Source: Mizugakiibacter sp. (GTDB lineage: Bacteria > Pseudomonadota > Gammaproteobacteria > Xanthomonadales > Rhodanobacteraceae). Taken from it: 64,000 nucleotides of DNA. The stretch spans positions 1,322-65,321 of the forward strand of contig QILI01000111.1 in NCBI GenBank assembly GCA_003233305.1, read 5' to 3'. Below the pieces are notes generated by a model, which saw only the letters and a list, made by a program, of their open reading frames with translations, had not been told where the DNA came from and ran no database searches. Positions 27,163 through 36,975 of this stretch are shown in pieces. Position 1 is the stretch's first letter; every line of letters begins with the position of its first letter. The position numbers and the translations under genes were made by a program.

Positions 27163-28185
27163 ATGCTTGCGCGTTCTCTACAATACTTGGCAGCTCTGTT
27201 CGTCATCCTGCCCCTGATGGTACAGGCCCAGGCGACGCTGCCGGTTGCCGGGGCCAGAACCCAGGTTATTGAGCAACAGTATGCTAATCAGCTGCTGCAC
27301 CAGGCCCCCGTACAGGTGGCTGAGATCGCACCAGGCGTGGTGTTGCCATTATGGCGCTCCCGCGACGGTCGCCTGCTGGCTATCATAGCCTCGGTCAAGC
27401 CGGCTGCCAGCGCTTCGCTGAATGCGCCTTTTCTAGTAGCGGGCCATTCATTCAGTCTACGGGCCGTGGATGCTTCACCGTTGCTTACCGAAACCTTACG
27501 CTATCAATTTGACAACGGCCTGCATGCGGATGCCCGGGTGAGTCAGCGTACCTGGAAATTGACCCCGGATTGTTCCGCAACCTTGGGGCCATATTCATCC
27601 TGCCTTGGCGCAGGTGGTTCGGTGGCAGCTATGACAGCAGGTGCCGAGCTAGGGGTTGGCTTTACTCACCAAGGTTTGGGTTTCGAATTAGCCTTGGGTC
27701 TATCGCGCCCGTCCGGGTTGCCTGGGCCGGGGCGTGTTGTTCCCGATTTACTGGCAGGTAACTGGGGCCAGCTGCCGCTGGGCTTGGCAGGTAACTCAAC
27801 TAAGCTGCGCGCCCAGGGCCAGATAGCCCTGGGCCAGACCCTGCTGGGCTTGGGAGCCGGGTATGGGCAGATCGCTACCAATCCACTGCTGTTGCCCGGG
27901 CTATCCTCGTTCAGTGAAAAATCCTTGCGGCTCAGTTTGAATCGTGGGGCCTTCAGCGGGGTGATTACCGGCCGCGTGCTGGTACCCGATGGCCCGCGTT
28001 TGGTACCGGGCAGTGAATCAGGCTGGACTACGCTGGATCTGGGTATCACCTGGCGATTACCGTGGCATGGCGCGCTGAGCATCGGCACTCAGAATCTGTG
28101 GTCGCAAGGCAAGCCGCCTCCGGGCACCGCCAATGCCAATGGCACAGCACGTATCCCGTACGTACAGTATCAGCAGGATCTCTAA
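27163..28185 (+). CDS. Secreted or outer-membrane hypothetical protein
   Basis: Signal peptide 'LPLMVQAQA|T'. Gly-rich beta-strand-like C-terminal half 'LDLGITWRL...SIGTQNLWS'. No family recognised. Confidence 0.5.
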   Translation: MLARSLQYLAALFVILPLMVQAQATLPVAGARTQVIEQQYANQLLHQAPVQVAEIAPGVVLPLWRSRDGRLLAIIASVKPAASASLNAPFLVAGHSFSLRAVDASPLLTETLRYQFDNGLHADARVSQRTWKLTPDCSATLGPYSSCLGAGGSVAAMTAGAELGVGFTHQGLGFELALGLSRPSGLPGPGRVVPDLLAGNWGQLPLGLAGNSTKLRAQGQIALGQTLLGLGAGYGQIATNPLLLPGLSSFSEKSLRLSLNRGAFSGVITGRVLVPDGPRLVPGSESGWTTLDLGITWRLPWHGALSIGTQNLWSQGKPPPGTANANGTARIPYVQYQQDL

Positions 28186-28210
28186 TCTTTTCCCAAGGTT
28201 GTCTTGCTAT

Positions 28211-28362
28211 GGCTCCCAGAAATGGGCGCCGTGAACAGTCGGTTACGCGGCCCGCTTGCTGCGTTGTGTGTTCATTCACTCATCGCCTATCAGCCTGATA
28301 GGTCTCGGAGACCCGCTCCGAGGCGTTGGGTTCTCGAACTTCTCGCTACATATTGAGGTGCC
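28211..28362 (-). repeat. MITE-like intergenic element, copy 4 of 5 (degenerate)
   Basis: 'CCGCTTGCTGCGTTGTGTGTTCATTCACTCATCGCCTATCAGCCTGATAGGTCTCG' aligns with the reverse complement of 18690-18760. The termini are eroded. Confidence 0.45.
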
Positions 28363-28613
28363 TAAGTGTTTCTGCTACTTCGTAGCCATCGTCACGCCTC
28401 CAAAAAAGCCATCGTAGTCATTTCTATATTAGTCGATATGTGCGCTGCAACATCGGGTTTCAGGGGTAAGCCAATGTGAACAGGGGATTCCCAGACGGTT
28501 AGAAACTTGTTACAGTCGCCGTGACCAGGGTTTGGACGGCCTGTTCAGGCCGCACACGGATGCTGCATTTCATAACGACACATGTGTCACCTCACCGACG
28601 TTGGAGAGTCAGT

Positions 28614-31463
28614 ATGAACTTCGATACGAATAAACTTACCTCGGCTGTACGCCTAGCTTTGACGCTGGGTGCAGTGGCCGCGGTAGGCGTGGCCGGCAGC
28701 GCCATTGCGCAGACTGCCGGTAGCGCCACGACCCAGAACAAGCAGGCCAAGCAACTCAAGACCATCGTGGTTACCGGTTCGCGCATTCGCCGCGTGGACA
28801 TCGAGACGGCTAACCCCATTTTTACCATTTCACGTCAGAACATCACCCAGAGTGGCGCGGTCACCCTGGGCAATCTGATCCAGTCGATGCCGTCTATTTC
28901 CGGCCAGGCCACCAATCCCTACGTCAATAATGGCGGCGGAGATGGTGCGGCGTCGGTATCCCTACGCGGCCTTGGTTCACAGCGTACCTTGATGCTTATT
29001 GATGGCCACCGTGTCGTCAATAATGACATCAACCAGATTCCGGCAGCGATGGTTGAGCGGGTTGAAGTGCTGAAAGATGGCGCTTCGTCAGTGTACGGTT
29101 CCGATGCCATCGGCGGCGTGATCAACTTCATCATGCGCAAGAACTTCCAGGGTGCCGAGTTCAGCGCCAATTATGGAATCACCGATTACAGCGATGGCGC
29201 CACTCAAGGCGAGTCCTTCATGTTCGGCCAGACTACCGACAAGGGCAGTATTGTCGCCGGCATCTCCTACAACAAGTTTAATGCCATTTCTTCCAATAAC
29301 CGGAGTTTCTCCAACAAGGCGCTATATCTGGTCTCCGGTAGTGTCATGTCCTTTGGTTCCAGCCGCATCCCGAACGGACGTCTGGTCTTTGGTAACCAGG
29401 ATCTGGTCCGCATCACCGGCACCAACGGGACATCCCTGTCCGACTACAGACCTCGCGTGTCCTCGGATACTTTTAATTATCAGGCTCAGAACCTGATCCA
29501 GACGCCACAGGAACGCACCGATTTGTTCGTGATGGGCCATTATCAGTTGACCGATAACGTGCAGGCCTATCTGGATATCTTCCACAACAAGACCACCTCG
29601 CATTCGGCCGTGGCCCCGTCGTTGGCCGATACCGGTATCCCCAGTCCGCTGGTGATCTCAGCACTGAGTTACTACAATCCGGCAGGCGTCGCATTCTCCA
29701 ATGCCTCCGGCAATCGCTTCGAGGTTCGTTTTACCGGCCTGGGGCAGCGTATATCTCAGTACGGCACCACCACCGACCAGGTGTTCACCGGTTTGCGGGG
29801 TAATGTCGGCGATACCTCCTGGCAGTGGGATGCCGATATCAATTACGGTCACTTCTCTCAGGGTTACCAGGAACGAAACTACGTCAATCTTAAACAGGCC
29901 AACCAGGCATTTGGCCCATCGTTCATGAATAGTTCGGGTGTGGTGGTTTGCGGAACCCCAGGTAACGTGATCTCAGGTTGTACGCCCATCAACATTTTCA
30001 ATATCAATGCTCCGGCTCAGGCGGCACTGCTCAAGAAGTTCACTGCAAATCCGTTCTTCCAGTCCATTTATACCAGTCGTCAGGCCTCGTTTAACGCCAA
30101 TGGCGATCTGTTTGAGCTGCCTGCGGGCACCGTTAGCTTGGCCGTGGGATCCTTGTACCGTAAGGAATACACCAATTCATCGGTGAGCTCTGACATTCAG
30201 ATCAACCAGTTTACGGGTACCTGCCCGCTGGGAACCGGTTGTTCGTCTGGCTTGCAGGGTGGCTTCAGTGTCAAGGAAGCCTACGCCGAGGTATTGATTC
30301 CCATCCTCAAGGACATGCCTTTGGCCCATGCTCTGAATGTGGACATCGGCACCCGCTATTCGAAGTATTCCATTGCCGGTAGCACTACCAACTCCAAGAT
30401 TGCTGTGGAGTGGCGGCCGATTAAGGACTTGCTGCTGCGTGGTACCGTTTCGCAGGTTTTCCGTGCCCCTTCGATCAGTGATGTGTTTGCCGGCCCACAG
30501 AACAGTGCGCCGACCTTTGTCGATCCGTGCATTGGGTATATTCCAGGTGTCAGTCCGGCCTCTGAAAATGCGGCCTGCGGTGCTTCGACCGGTGCGACGG
30601 CAATTCCAAGTACCGGTATTGCAGCACCTTCCGTTTCGCAGACTAATTCGATCGTTTCCGGTTCGAAGTACGCAGGGTATTCCCTTAAGCCTGAGTTCGG
30701 TAAGAGCTTCGATTTCGGCTTTGTCTACGATCCCAGCTGGTTGCCGGGCTTTTCGACTAGCGTCGATCTGTGGCGCATTTATCTGAATGACACCATTGTG
30801 AGCGTTCAGGCGCAAACCGTAGCCGATATTTGCTTCAATAATCCGGCTAGTGCGTTTTGTGGCCTGATCCATCGTATTCCGATCGGTCGGATTTCCAATA
30901 TCTTTACGCCAACCGTTAATCTGGGACGGCTCGATACCTCGGGTGTCGACTTTGGATTCCGTTATCGCTTGCCGCACTTCAATACCTTCGGCTTTAATCC
31001 GGGCAATCTCTCGGTACGCTTCAATAGCACCTATATTGCCAAATATACGGACATTCCGGTACCGGGTGTATCCAGCGTTGCGCCGATCGTGAATGCCGGT
31101 AAGTACACTAGCCAGTTCGGTAACTTTGCCCGCTGGCGCGCTCTGACAACGGTTAACTGGACCCGTGGACCGTGGAGTGCGGTGTGGCGGATGCGCTACA
31201 TTGGTAAGATCGGTGTGCCGATCCAGGACTTCGGTACTGGTGCGTGGACGCAATTCAATTTCGGCTCCTATACCTACAATGATTTCTCATTGGGTTACGA
31301 GATTGCCCCGATCAATACCATGTTCCAGATCGGAATCAACAACGCGTTCAACAAGCAGCCACCGATCTTCACCCAGAACGTGGTGATCAACGCTAATACC
31401 GATGTCAATACTTACGATGTCATTGGGCGTTATTACTGGGCGCGGGCGACGGTCAAGTTCTAA
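28614..31463 (+). CDS. TonB-dependent outer-membrane receptor
   Basis: GGAGAG RBS and signal peptide ending 'AIA|Q'. Plug 'TIVVTGSRI', 'VEVLKDGASSVYGSDAIGGVINFI'. C-terminal 'YYWARATVKF'. Confidence 0.9.
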   Translation: MNFDTNKLTSAVRLALTLGAVAAVGVAGSAIAQTAGSATTQNKQAKQLKTIVVTGSRIRRVDIETANPIFTISRQNITQSGAVTLGNLIQSMPSISGQATNPYVNNGGGDGAASVSLRGLGSQRTLMLIDGHRVVNNDINQIPAAMVERVEVLKDGASSVYGSDAIGGVINFIMRKNFQGAEFSANYGITDYSDGATQGESFMFGQTTDKGSIVAGISYNKFNAISSNNRSFSNKALYLVSGSVMSFGSSRIPNGRLVFGNQDLVRITGTNGTSLSDYRPRVSSDTFNYQAQNLIQTPQERTDLFVMGHYQLTDNVQAYLDIFHNKTTSHSAVAPSLADTGIPSPLVISALSYYNPAGVAFSNASGNRFEVRFTGLGQRISQYGTTTDQVFTGLRGNVGDTSWQWDADINYGHFSQGYQERNYVNLKQANQAFGPSFMNSSGVVVCGTPGNVISGCTPINIFNINAPAQAALLKKFTANPFFQSIYTSRQASFNANGDLFELPAGTVSLAVGSLYRKEYTNSSVSSDIQINQFTGTCPLGTGCSSGLQGGFSVKEAYAEVLIPILKDMPLAHALNVDIGTRYSKYSIAGSTTNSKIAVEWRPIKDLLLRGTVSQVFRAPSISDVFAGPQNSAPTFVDPCIGYIPGVSPASENAACGASTGATAIPSTGIAAPSVSQTNSIVSGSKYAGYSLKPEFGKSFDFGFVYDPSWLPGFSTSVDLWRIYLNDTIVSVQAQTVADICFNNPASAFCGLIHRIPIGRISNIFTPTVNLGRLDTSGVDFGFRYRLPHFNTFGFNPGNLSVRFNSTYIAKYTDIPVPGVSSVAPIVNAGKYTSQFGNFARWRALTTVNWTRGPWSAVWRMRYIGKIGVPIQDFGTGAWTQFNFGSYTYNDFSLGYEIAPINTMFQIGINNAFNKQPPIFTQNVVINANTDVNTYDVIGRYYWARATVKF

Positions 31464-31500
31464 GTCAAGTCCAAGTTGTTTCGAAGTAAGTAAAAACTCT

Positions 31501-31534
31501 TGCCGCGCAGTGAAAGCTGCGCGGCACTTTTTTA
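31501..31534 (+). terminator. Rho-independent terminator after the TonB-dependent receptor gene
   Basis: TGCCGCGCAG-TGAAAG-CTGCGCGGCA stem-loop followed by CTTTTTTAT. Confidence 0.7.
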
Positions 31535-31556
31535 TCCCGTGCAATGATGGGTAGTC

Positions 31557-31690
31557 GGAAATGCCGTAAAACGGTTCGAGTACAAGACACTCCAGAGCGA
31601 ATCTCCAAGACATATCATGTAGATAGGCAAGGAGTGAGCGAGGACACAACGCGACAATCGGGCCGCGTAGTAGGTTTATCGAGATAGCTC
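31557..31690 (+). repeat. MITE-like intergenic element, copy 5 of 5 (degenerate)
   Basis: 'GATAGGCAAGGAGTGAGCGAGGACACAACGCGACAATCGGGCCGCGTAGTAGGTTT' aligns with 18718-18773 at roughly 75-80% identity by eye. Ends 1 nt before the ATG at 31692. Confidence 0.5.
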
Positions 31691-31691
31691 T

Positions 31692-33503
31692 ATGACCATT
31701 TTTTCAGACGACGCACTGTTTCAAGCCCTCAACGCGCAGCGCTACAAGGAGGCTGAGCAAGCAGCTCAGGCCAGGCTGGCCAGTAACGATGACGATGTGC
31801 AGGCCTTGCTGGTTCTTGCTGTGGCTCTGAGTAGCCAAGAGCGATGGGTCGAGGCCTTGCCCTTGTATCGTCGTTTAACTGAACTGCAACCCCGGCAAGC
31901 CGGGCATTTCAGCAACCTGGCAACGATTTTGCGTCAAAGCGGCGATCTCAAAGGTGCTGAAGCCATGTATCGGCGGGCCCTGGCCTTGCATCCGGGTGAT
32001 CCGGTACTGCTTTCCAATATGGGTTTGTTGCGCTGGCAGCAGGGTGATATGGTCGAAACACGGGAGCTGATGCTGGCTGCATTCCAGGCCGATTCCGGTC
32101 TTCCAGAGCCGCGTATCTATGGGGCACTGGCCTGCCATGCCTGTGCCGATGTTGACACCGCCAGGCATCTACTGGTCGGCTGTGAAGGCTGGCCGCATCT
32201 GGGTGAGGATTTTGAGGTAGACCTTGCCACAGCGTTGATCCAGATTGAGAGGCTTGAACAAGCCGAAACCCGCCTCAAACAGTTGATGCACCACTATCCG
32301 CAATCCAACAGGGCCCGTCTGCAACTGGCTGCGTTGTACGAACGCTCCAATCGCATCGCCGAGGCCGAGGCGTTACTAGATATTGCCGGACCAGATATCC
32401 CATCCAGTAGCGAAGAACTTTCTCTACGGGCGGCCCTGCTGATGCGTTCTGACCATCCTCAGCCGGCCCGTTTACTTTATGAGCAGATTTTGCAACAGGG
32501 TAATGCTACGGCCCCGAATGCCCCCTATTATTTTCTGCTGGCGAAATGTTGTGATCGCCTGGGCGATAGCACTGCAACGATGCAGGCGTTGCGGAAGGGG
32601 CATGCAGCCCAACTCGAGTCGGCCTTACGTCTGGAACCGGAACTCGCCGATCCTGTCAGTGAACCGCTGGCAGTCGAGAGCCATCGGGTGCCCGAAGCAG
32701 GCCGGCTGTGGGGTCCTATCGAGGCGCCCGATGAGGCGGCCTCACCGATCTTTGTGGTGGGCTTTCCCCGTTCCGGAACGACCTTGCTCGAGCAGATGCT
32801 CGACGCTCACCCTGATCTGCAGTCCATGGACGAGCAGGCATTTATACAAGATGTCATAGAAACCATGGAGAAGGCGGGCTATGCCTATCCAGGTGATCTG
32901 GGACGTATCGATAGCGCCACGGCCGAGCAGCTGAGAAAGGTCTACTGGTCACACGTTGCGACGGTTGTTACGCTTGATGCTGGCCAGCGCTTGGTTGACA
33001 AGAATCCTCTAAATATACTCAGGTTGCCTATTCTGATGCGGATATTCCCGCAGGCTCGGGTTATCCTGATGCTGCGCCACCCGGCGGATGTGATACTCAG
33101 TTGCTACATGCAGAGTTTCCGCGCTCCGGCGTTTCAGATTCTTTGCTCGACGTTACAAAGATTGGCCCGAGGTTATGTCAGCACCATGCAACTTTGGTTT
33201 GACCATATCGAACTGCTGCATCCTCAGGTGCTGGAGATTCGTTACGAGGATCTGCTGGACGATCCGCTCAAACATACTCGCTTGCTCGGTGATTTTCTGG
33301 GCTTGCAGGATGTTTCACCGCTGCTTCGGTTTGACGAGCATGCGCGTGCCAAGGGTTACATCAGCACCCCGAGCTATACTCAGGTGGTGAAACCCTTGAA
33401 CAACAAGGCGGTGGATCGGTGGCAGCGTTATCACGAACAGCTGGATCCGCTGCTGCCGATTCTCAAACCGATTATGGATCATTGGGGGTATCACCCGGAA
33501 TGA
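31692..33503 (+). CDS. TPR-repeat + sulfotransferase-domain protein (paralogue 1)
   Basis: N-terminal TPRs. PAPS 5'-phosphosulfate loop 'FVVGFPRSGTTLLEQMLDAHP'. Also 'VDKNPLNILRLPILMRIFPQA', 'YEDLLDDP'. Confidence 0.8.
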   Translation: MTIFSDDALFQALNAQRYKEAEQAAQARLASNDDDVQALLVLAVALSSQERWVEALPLYRRLTELQPRQAGHFSNLATILRQSGDLKGAEAMYRRALALHPGDPVLLSNMGLLRWQQGDMVETRELMLAAFQADSGLPEPRIYGALACHACADVDTARHLLVGCEGWPHLGEDFEVDLATALIQIERLEQAETRLKQLMHHYPQSNRARLQLAALYERSNRIAEAEALLDIAGPDIPSSSEELSLRAALLMRSDHPQPARLLYEQILQQGNATAPNAPYYFLLAKCCDRLGDSTATMQALRKGHAAQLESALRLEPELADPVSEPLAVESHRVPEAGRLWGPIEAPDEAASPIFVVGFPRSGTTLLEQMLDAHPDLQSMDEQAFIQDVIETMEKAGYAYPGDLGRIDSATAEQLRKVYWSHVATVVTLDAGQRLVDKNPLNILRLPILMRIFPQARVILMLRHPADVILSCYMQSFRAPAFQILCSTLQRLARGYVSTMQLWFDHIELLHPQVLEIRYEDLLDDPLKHTRLLGDFLGLQDVSPLLRFDEHARAKGYISTPSYTQVVKPLNNKAVDRWQRYHEQLDPLLPILKPIMDHWGYHPE

Positions 33504-33516
33504 ATCTTTCCGGGTT

Positions 33517-35349
33517 ATGTCCGTCATGTCTGCGCAGCTGATTCACCGGATCCTTGAGGCTCTGCAACAACAGCGCTATGCCGAGGCGCTGCGGATGTCT
33601 GGTGAACTGGTTCAGGCCATGCCTGGCAACGAAGCGGCGCTGTCCATGCTGGCCGTCAGTGAGCAGCACATGGGCAATCTTACGGCGGCGGCGAAGATAC
33701 TGGACCGTTTGGTCGGTAAATACCCGGACACTTGGCAGCATTGGAATAATTTGGGTAATATCTACCGGGCCCAGGGAAATGTCGAGCGCGCACTTCCCGC
33801 TTATCGAAAAGCGCTGGCGCTACAGCCGAAGCATGCCCGACTCCACGCCAACATCGGGCTGTTGCATCTCAATCGTGGCGAGTATAGCCAGGCTCGTGAA
33901 CACCTGCTGGCGGCATGTGAGCTGGATGAAGTGGAACCGAGTATGCGGGTTTGGGCAGCATTGGCCTGTCATGCCGAAGGCGATAATGCGAGCACCCAGC
34001 GGTTGCTCGAGGATGGTTCGGGTTGGGTGGATATTTCCGCCGAGGCGCGGCTGGAGTTGGGCGGGTTGCTATTGCAACTGGGTCGTTTCGATGAGGGGCA
34101 GCAGCTTCTGCAGCAACCGTTTGCGGAGGCCTCCCTGGCGGTACGAGCGGCGGTACGCCGAGCGTTTGGCTTCGAACGTATCAATCAGCTCGAGGCTGCA
34201 GTGGCCATCGTCAATGATTTGCCATCCGCTGAGCAGGTGGTCGATCTGCAGGCCCGGCAGGAGTTACTCAGCATCCTCGCCACGTTGGCAATGCGGCGCC
34301 AGGATTATCGGTCTGCGCGTGGGTGTTTTGAAGCGGCCCTGGCGCTCGATACCCCGTGGCGCGAGCGTGCGGTGCTGTGGTTCGGACTCGCCCGAGCCTG
34401 TGATCGGCTCGATGATACCCAGGCCGCAATGGATGCTCTGGCCGAGGCACATCGGGCACGAGCCTTGCCGGGACAGCCGCTATGGCAGCCGGGTAGCGGG
34501 CATCAAGGTGACCTGAAAATGGCCGACCAGCGGATTTCTACAGCGGTAGCGGGTTCATGGCTGCGAGCGGCTGTGCCTGAAGCACAACCCCCTCCGGTTT
34601 TCGTGATGGGCTTCCCGCGTTCAGGTACCACCCTGCTCGAGCAAATGCTCTCCGCGCACCCACTTTTCAGCTCTATGGATGAGCGCCCCTTTATTCTGCA
34701 ACAGGTCCGGCACATGGCGTCGTCAGCCGGAGCCTATCCAGACAATCTGTCGACTTTGACAGCCGAACAGCTGGAGGTGTTGCGGCAGCAATACTGGGAC
34801 AAGGTACGGTCTGTCGTAAATTTGCCGCAAGGGATGCGTCTGGTCGACAAGAATCCGCTGAACATGCTGGCCTTACCGATGATCATGCGGCTTTTCCCGC
34901 AGGCGCCGATCATCTTCTGTCAGCGCCATCCGGGAGCCACCATCCTCAGTTGCTATCAACAGGACTTCCAGGATCCTGAGGTGCGAGCGCTATGTGCATC
35001 ACTCGAACGCCTGGCGTATGAATATGTCGCCTTTCATCAACACTGGCAGTATCACCTTGAGCTGCTGCAGCCGCGCTTGTTGGTCGTCAGCTACGAGGAT
35101 CTGGTCGCTGACCTGGATGCCACCCTCACCGATTTGGGGGCGTTTCTTGGGGTGTCCGATACGACGGCCATGAAAGATTTCCAAACCCATGCCCAGACCC
35201 GTGGTTACATCAGCACCCCCAGCTATGCGCAGGTCGTCGAGCCTATCAATCAGGATGCTGTAGAACGCTGGCGGCGGTATGCCAGCTGGATGCAGCCGCT
35301 GTTGCCGATTTTGCAGCCGGTTCTGGAGCAACTTGGCTATGAGGCCTGA
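33517..35349 (+). CDS. TPR-repeat + sulfotransferase-domain protein (paralogue 2)
   Basis: 'FVMGFPRSGTTLLEQMLSAHP', 'VDKNPLNMLALPMIMRLFPQA', 'RGYISTPSYAQVVEPIN', 'AVERWRRY'. Collinear with paralogue 1. Confidence 0.8.
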   Translation: MSVMSAQLIHRILEALQQQRYAEALRMSGELVQAMPGNEAALSMLAVSEQHMGNLTAAAKILDRLVGKYPDTWQHWNNLGNIYRAQGNVERALPAYRKALALQPKHARLHANIGLLHLNRGEYSQAREHLLAACELDEVEPSMRVWAALACHAEGDNASTQRLLEDGSGWVDISAEARLELGGLLLQLGRFDEGQQLLQQPFAEASLAVRAAVRRAFGFERINQLEAAVAIVNDLPSAEQVVDLQARQELLSILATLAMRRQDYRSARGCFEAALALDTPWRERAVLWFGLARACDRLDDTQAAMDALAEAHRARALPGQPLWQPGSGHQGDLKMADQRISTAVAGSWLRAAVPEAQPPPVFVMGFPRSGTTLLEQMLSAHPLFSSMDERPFILQQVRHMASSAGAYPDNLSTLTAEQLEVLRQQYWDKVRSVVNLPQGMRLVDKNPLNMLALPMIMRLFPQAPIIFCQRHPGATILSCYQQDFQDPEVRALCASLERLAYEYVAFHQHWQYHLELLQPRLLVVSYEDLVADLDATLTDLGAFLGVSDTTAMKDFQTHAQTRGYISTPSYAQVVEPINQDAVERWRRYASWMQPLLPILQPVLEQLGYEA

Positions 35350-36664
35350 ACCGATGCTGCAACAGGCTGCCGATCTACGTAACCAGGGCCGTTGGGGTGC
35401 AGCGGCCCAGCAAGTGATTGAGCTTGCCAGGGCGGATATTGGCTTGCCGCTGAAAATGGAGTGTGTCAACTTTCTCAAGAATATCGAGCGGGGCGAGTCG
35501 GCACTATCAATCTGTCGGCAGCTTCTCGACCAGCCGGTAGATCCTCAACGCCCCATGATATTGGCCAGGATGGGCAGCCTGGAGCAGTCGCTGGGGCGCT
35601 TTGCCGAGGCCCGAGGGCACTATCTGGAAGCCATTGAAGCCGGCTTTGATCTCGATGCCTGGCCTATCCATGCGGCACTCGCTCACCTGCAGCGTTATAC
35701 CGATAGCAGCCATCCCGACTTGGCTCTGTTCGAGCAACTGGAGGCCAGACCGCAGTTGGGGACCTCGGCCCGAACGGCGTTATGGTTTGCACGGGCCAAG
35801 GCCTTTGACGATCTGGGTGAAGATGCACAGGCGGCGCGCTGGTTGCGGCAAGCCAACCAGCAGGAAAGACAGTTGCGGCCCTGGGATCGCAGTGCCTGGC
35901 AGGCGGGTATCGAACGAGCCAGGAGTTGGTCGGCAGGAGCATTGAAAGTAGAAGCTCATCAAGGGCGCCCGCTGTTCGTGCTCGGCATGCCGCGCAGTGG
36001 TACCACCTTGTTGGCCGAGCGTCTGGGGCGTCATGCTGAGATCGCCCAACGCGGCGAACTGCCATTTCTCGACTATGTGGCCAGGCAATGGGGGTATGCC
36101 GGATTACCCGGCGATACCAGCAATCTGCAGCAGGCCACCCACTTCTATAGAGCTCATCTGTACCAGGATGATGCACCGCGCAAGGTGTACCTGGACAAGA
36201 ATCCCATGAATCTGCGTTACCTCGGCCTGATCGCCAGCTTGTTCCCGGATGCGGCGGTGATCGTCTGTCGACGTGAACCACGCGATACTGCGCTGTCACT
36301 GTATTTTCAGCAATTCGCCCATACCGATTATGGCTTTGCTCAGGATTTTTCTGATATTGCCGAGGTGGCCCGGGATGCGGCAAGCCTGTTTGAGCAGACC
36401 CGGGCTGGAGGCGGTTTGGATTTATACGAAGTCGAATACGAGGCCCTGGTAGCGGAGCCACAAACGACCCTGGATTCGTTGTTGGACTGGCTGGGCCTGG
36501 ACTCGTTCGCAGCCATGCGTACTGGAACTGAGATCACCTCTATTGGAACGGCCAGTCTATGGCAGGCTCGCCAGGATATTTACACGCGTTCGATAGGCCG
36601 TTGGCAACGCTATGCCCAGCTGTTGCCGGAGTTGTTGGAACTCCCTTCGGTACCACCCCACTGA
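35339..36664 (+). CDS. TPR-like + sulfotransferase-domain protein (paralogue 3, shorter and more divergent)
   Basis: 'FVLGMPRSGTTLLAERLGRH', 'LDKNPMNLRYLGLIASLFPDA', 'IGRWQRY'. The start overlaps the paralogue 2 stop (ATGAGGCCTGA). Confidence 0.75.
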   Translation: MRPEPMLQQAADLRNQGRWGAAAQQVIELARADIGLPLKMECVNFLKNIERGESALSICRQLLDQPVDPQRPMILARMGSLEQSLGRFAEARGHYLEAIEAGFDLDAWPIHAALAHLQRYTDSSHPDLALFEQLEARPQLGTSARTALWFARAKAFDDLGEDAQAARWLRQANQQERQLRPWDRSAWQAGIERARSWSAGALKVEAHQGRPLFVLGMPRSGTTLLAERLGRHAEIAQRGELPFLDYVARQWGYAGLPGDTSNLQQATHFYRAHLYQDDAPRKVYLDKNPMNLRYLGLIASLFPDAAVIVCRREPRDTALSLYFQQFAHTDYGFAQDFSDIAEVARDAASLFEQTRAGGGLDLYEVEYEALVAEPQTTLDSLLDWLGLDSFAAMRTGTEITSIGTASLWQARQDIYTRSIGRWQRYAQLLPELLELPSVPPH

Positions 36665-36698
36665 AGCCGCAGCCGGACAATCTTGCCGGCTACCCCGC

Positions 36699-36903
36699 GG
36701 GATTGATCCTGGCCCCGCACCGCGAACCACGGCCATGGACAAGCTGGCGCCACTCTCCCCTTCGTCATTCCTGCGTAGGCAGGAATCCACTCGGCCCGGA
36801 TCACGTTGGAGGCTTGCTCGGACGCTACCGAAGATTGTGGATCCCGGGTCTACGCCCGGGATGACGAGCTGATACGCGGATCCCGGTCATTGCCCGGGGT
36901 GAC
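36699..36903 (+). repeat. REP-like element: head module + one hairpin unit + partial unit
   Basis: Head at 36699-36749, then GTCATTCCTGCGTAGGCAGGAATCC ... GGATCCCGGGTCTACGCCCGGGATGAC, then GGATCCCGGTCATTGCCCGGGGTGAC. Confidence 0.75.
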
Positions 36904-36975
36904 GGAAAGAGCATTGCGCTGTGCCCGGGAGAACGGGATTTTTATTTGCTGGCACCGCTCTGCGGCGTCACCCGC

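Noticed and set aside
28373-28613. Possible cobalamin or other riboswitch in the 240-bp leader of the TonB-dependent receptor.
   Set aside because: I recognised no B12-box (AGYCMGGAGACCKGCC-like) and no other conserved aptamer core. A cmscan would be needed to exclude one.
33554-34516. 320-aa plus-strand ORF in an alternative frame inside sulfotransferase paralogue 2. Similar long shadow ORFs occur at 30177-31253(-), 35664-36461(-), 38443-39294(+), 44598-45479(+), 55340-55942(-), 58171-58914(+) and 62573-63160(-).
   Set aside because: These are typical GC-rich out-of-frame or antisense open frames (Arg/Pro/Gly/Cys/Trp-rich). They have no recognisable families, and each is fully embedded in a gene with strong homology.
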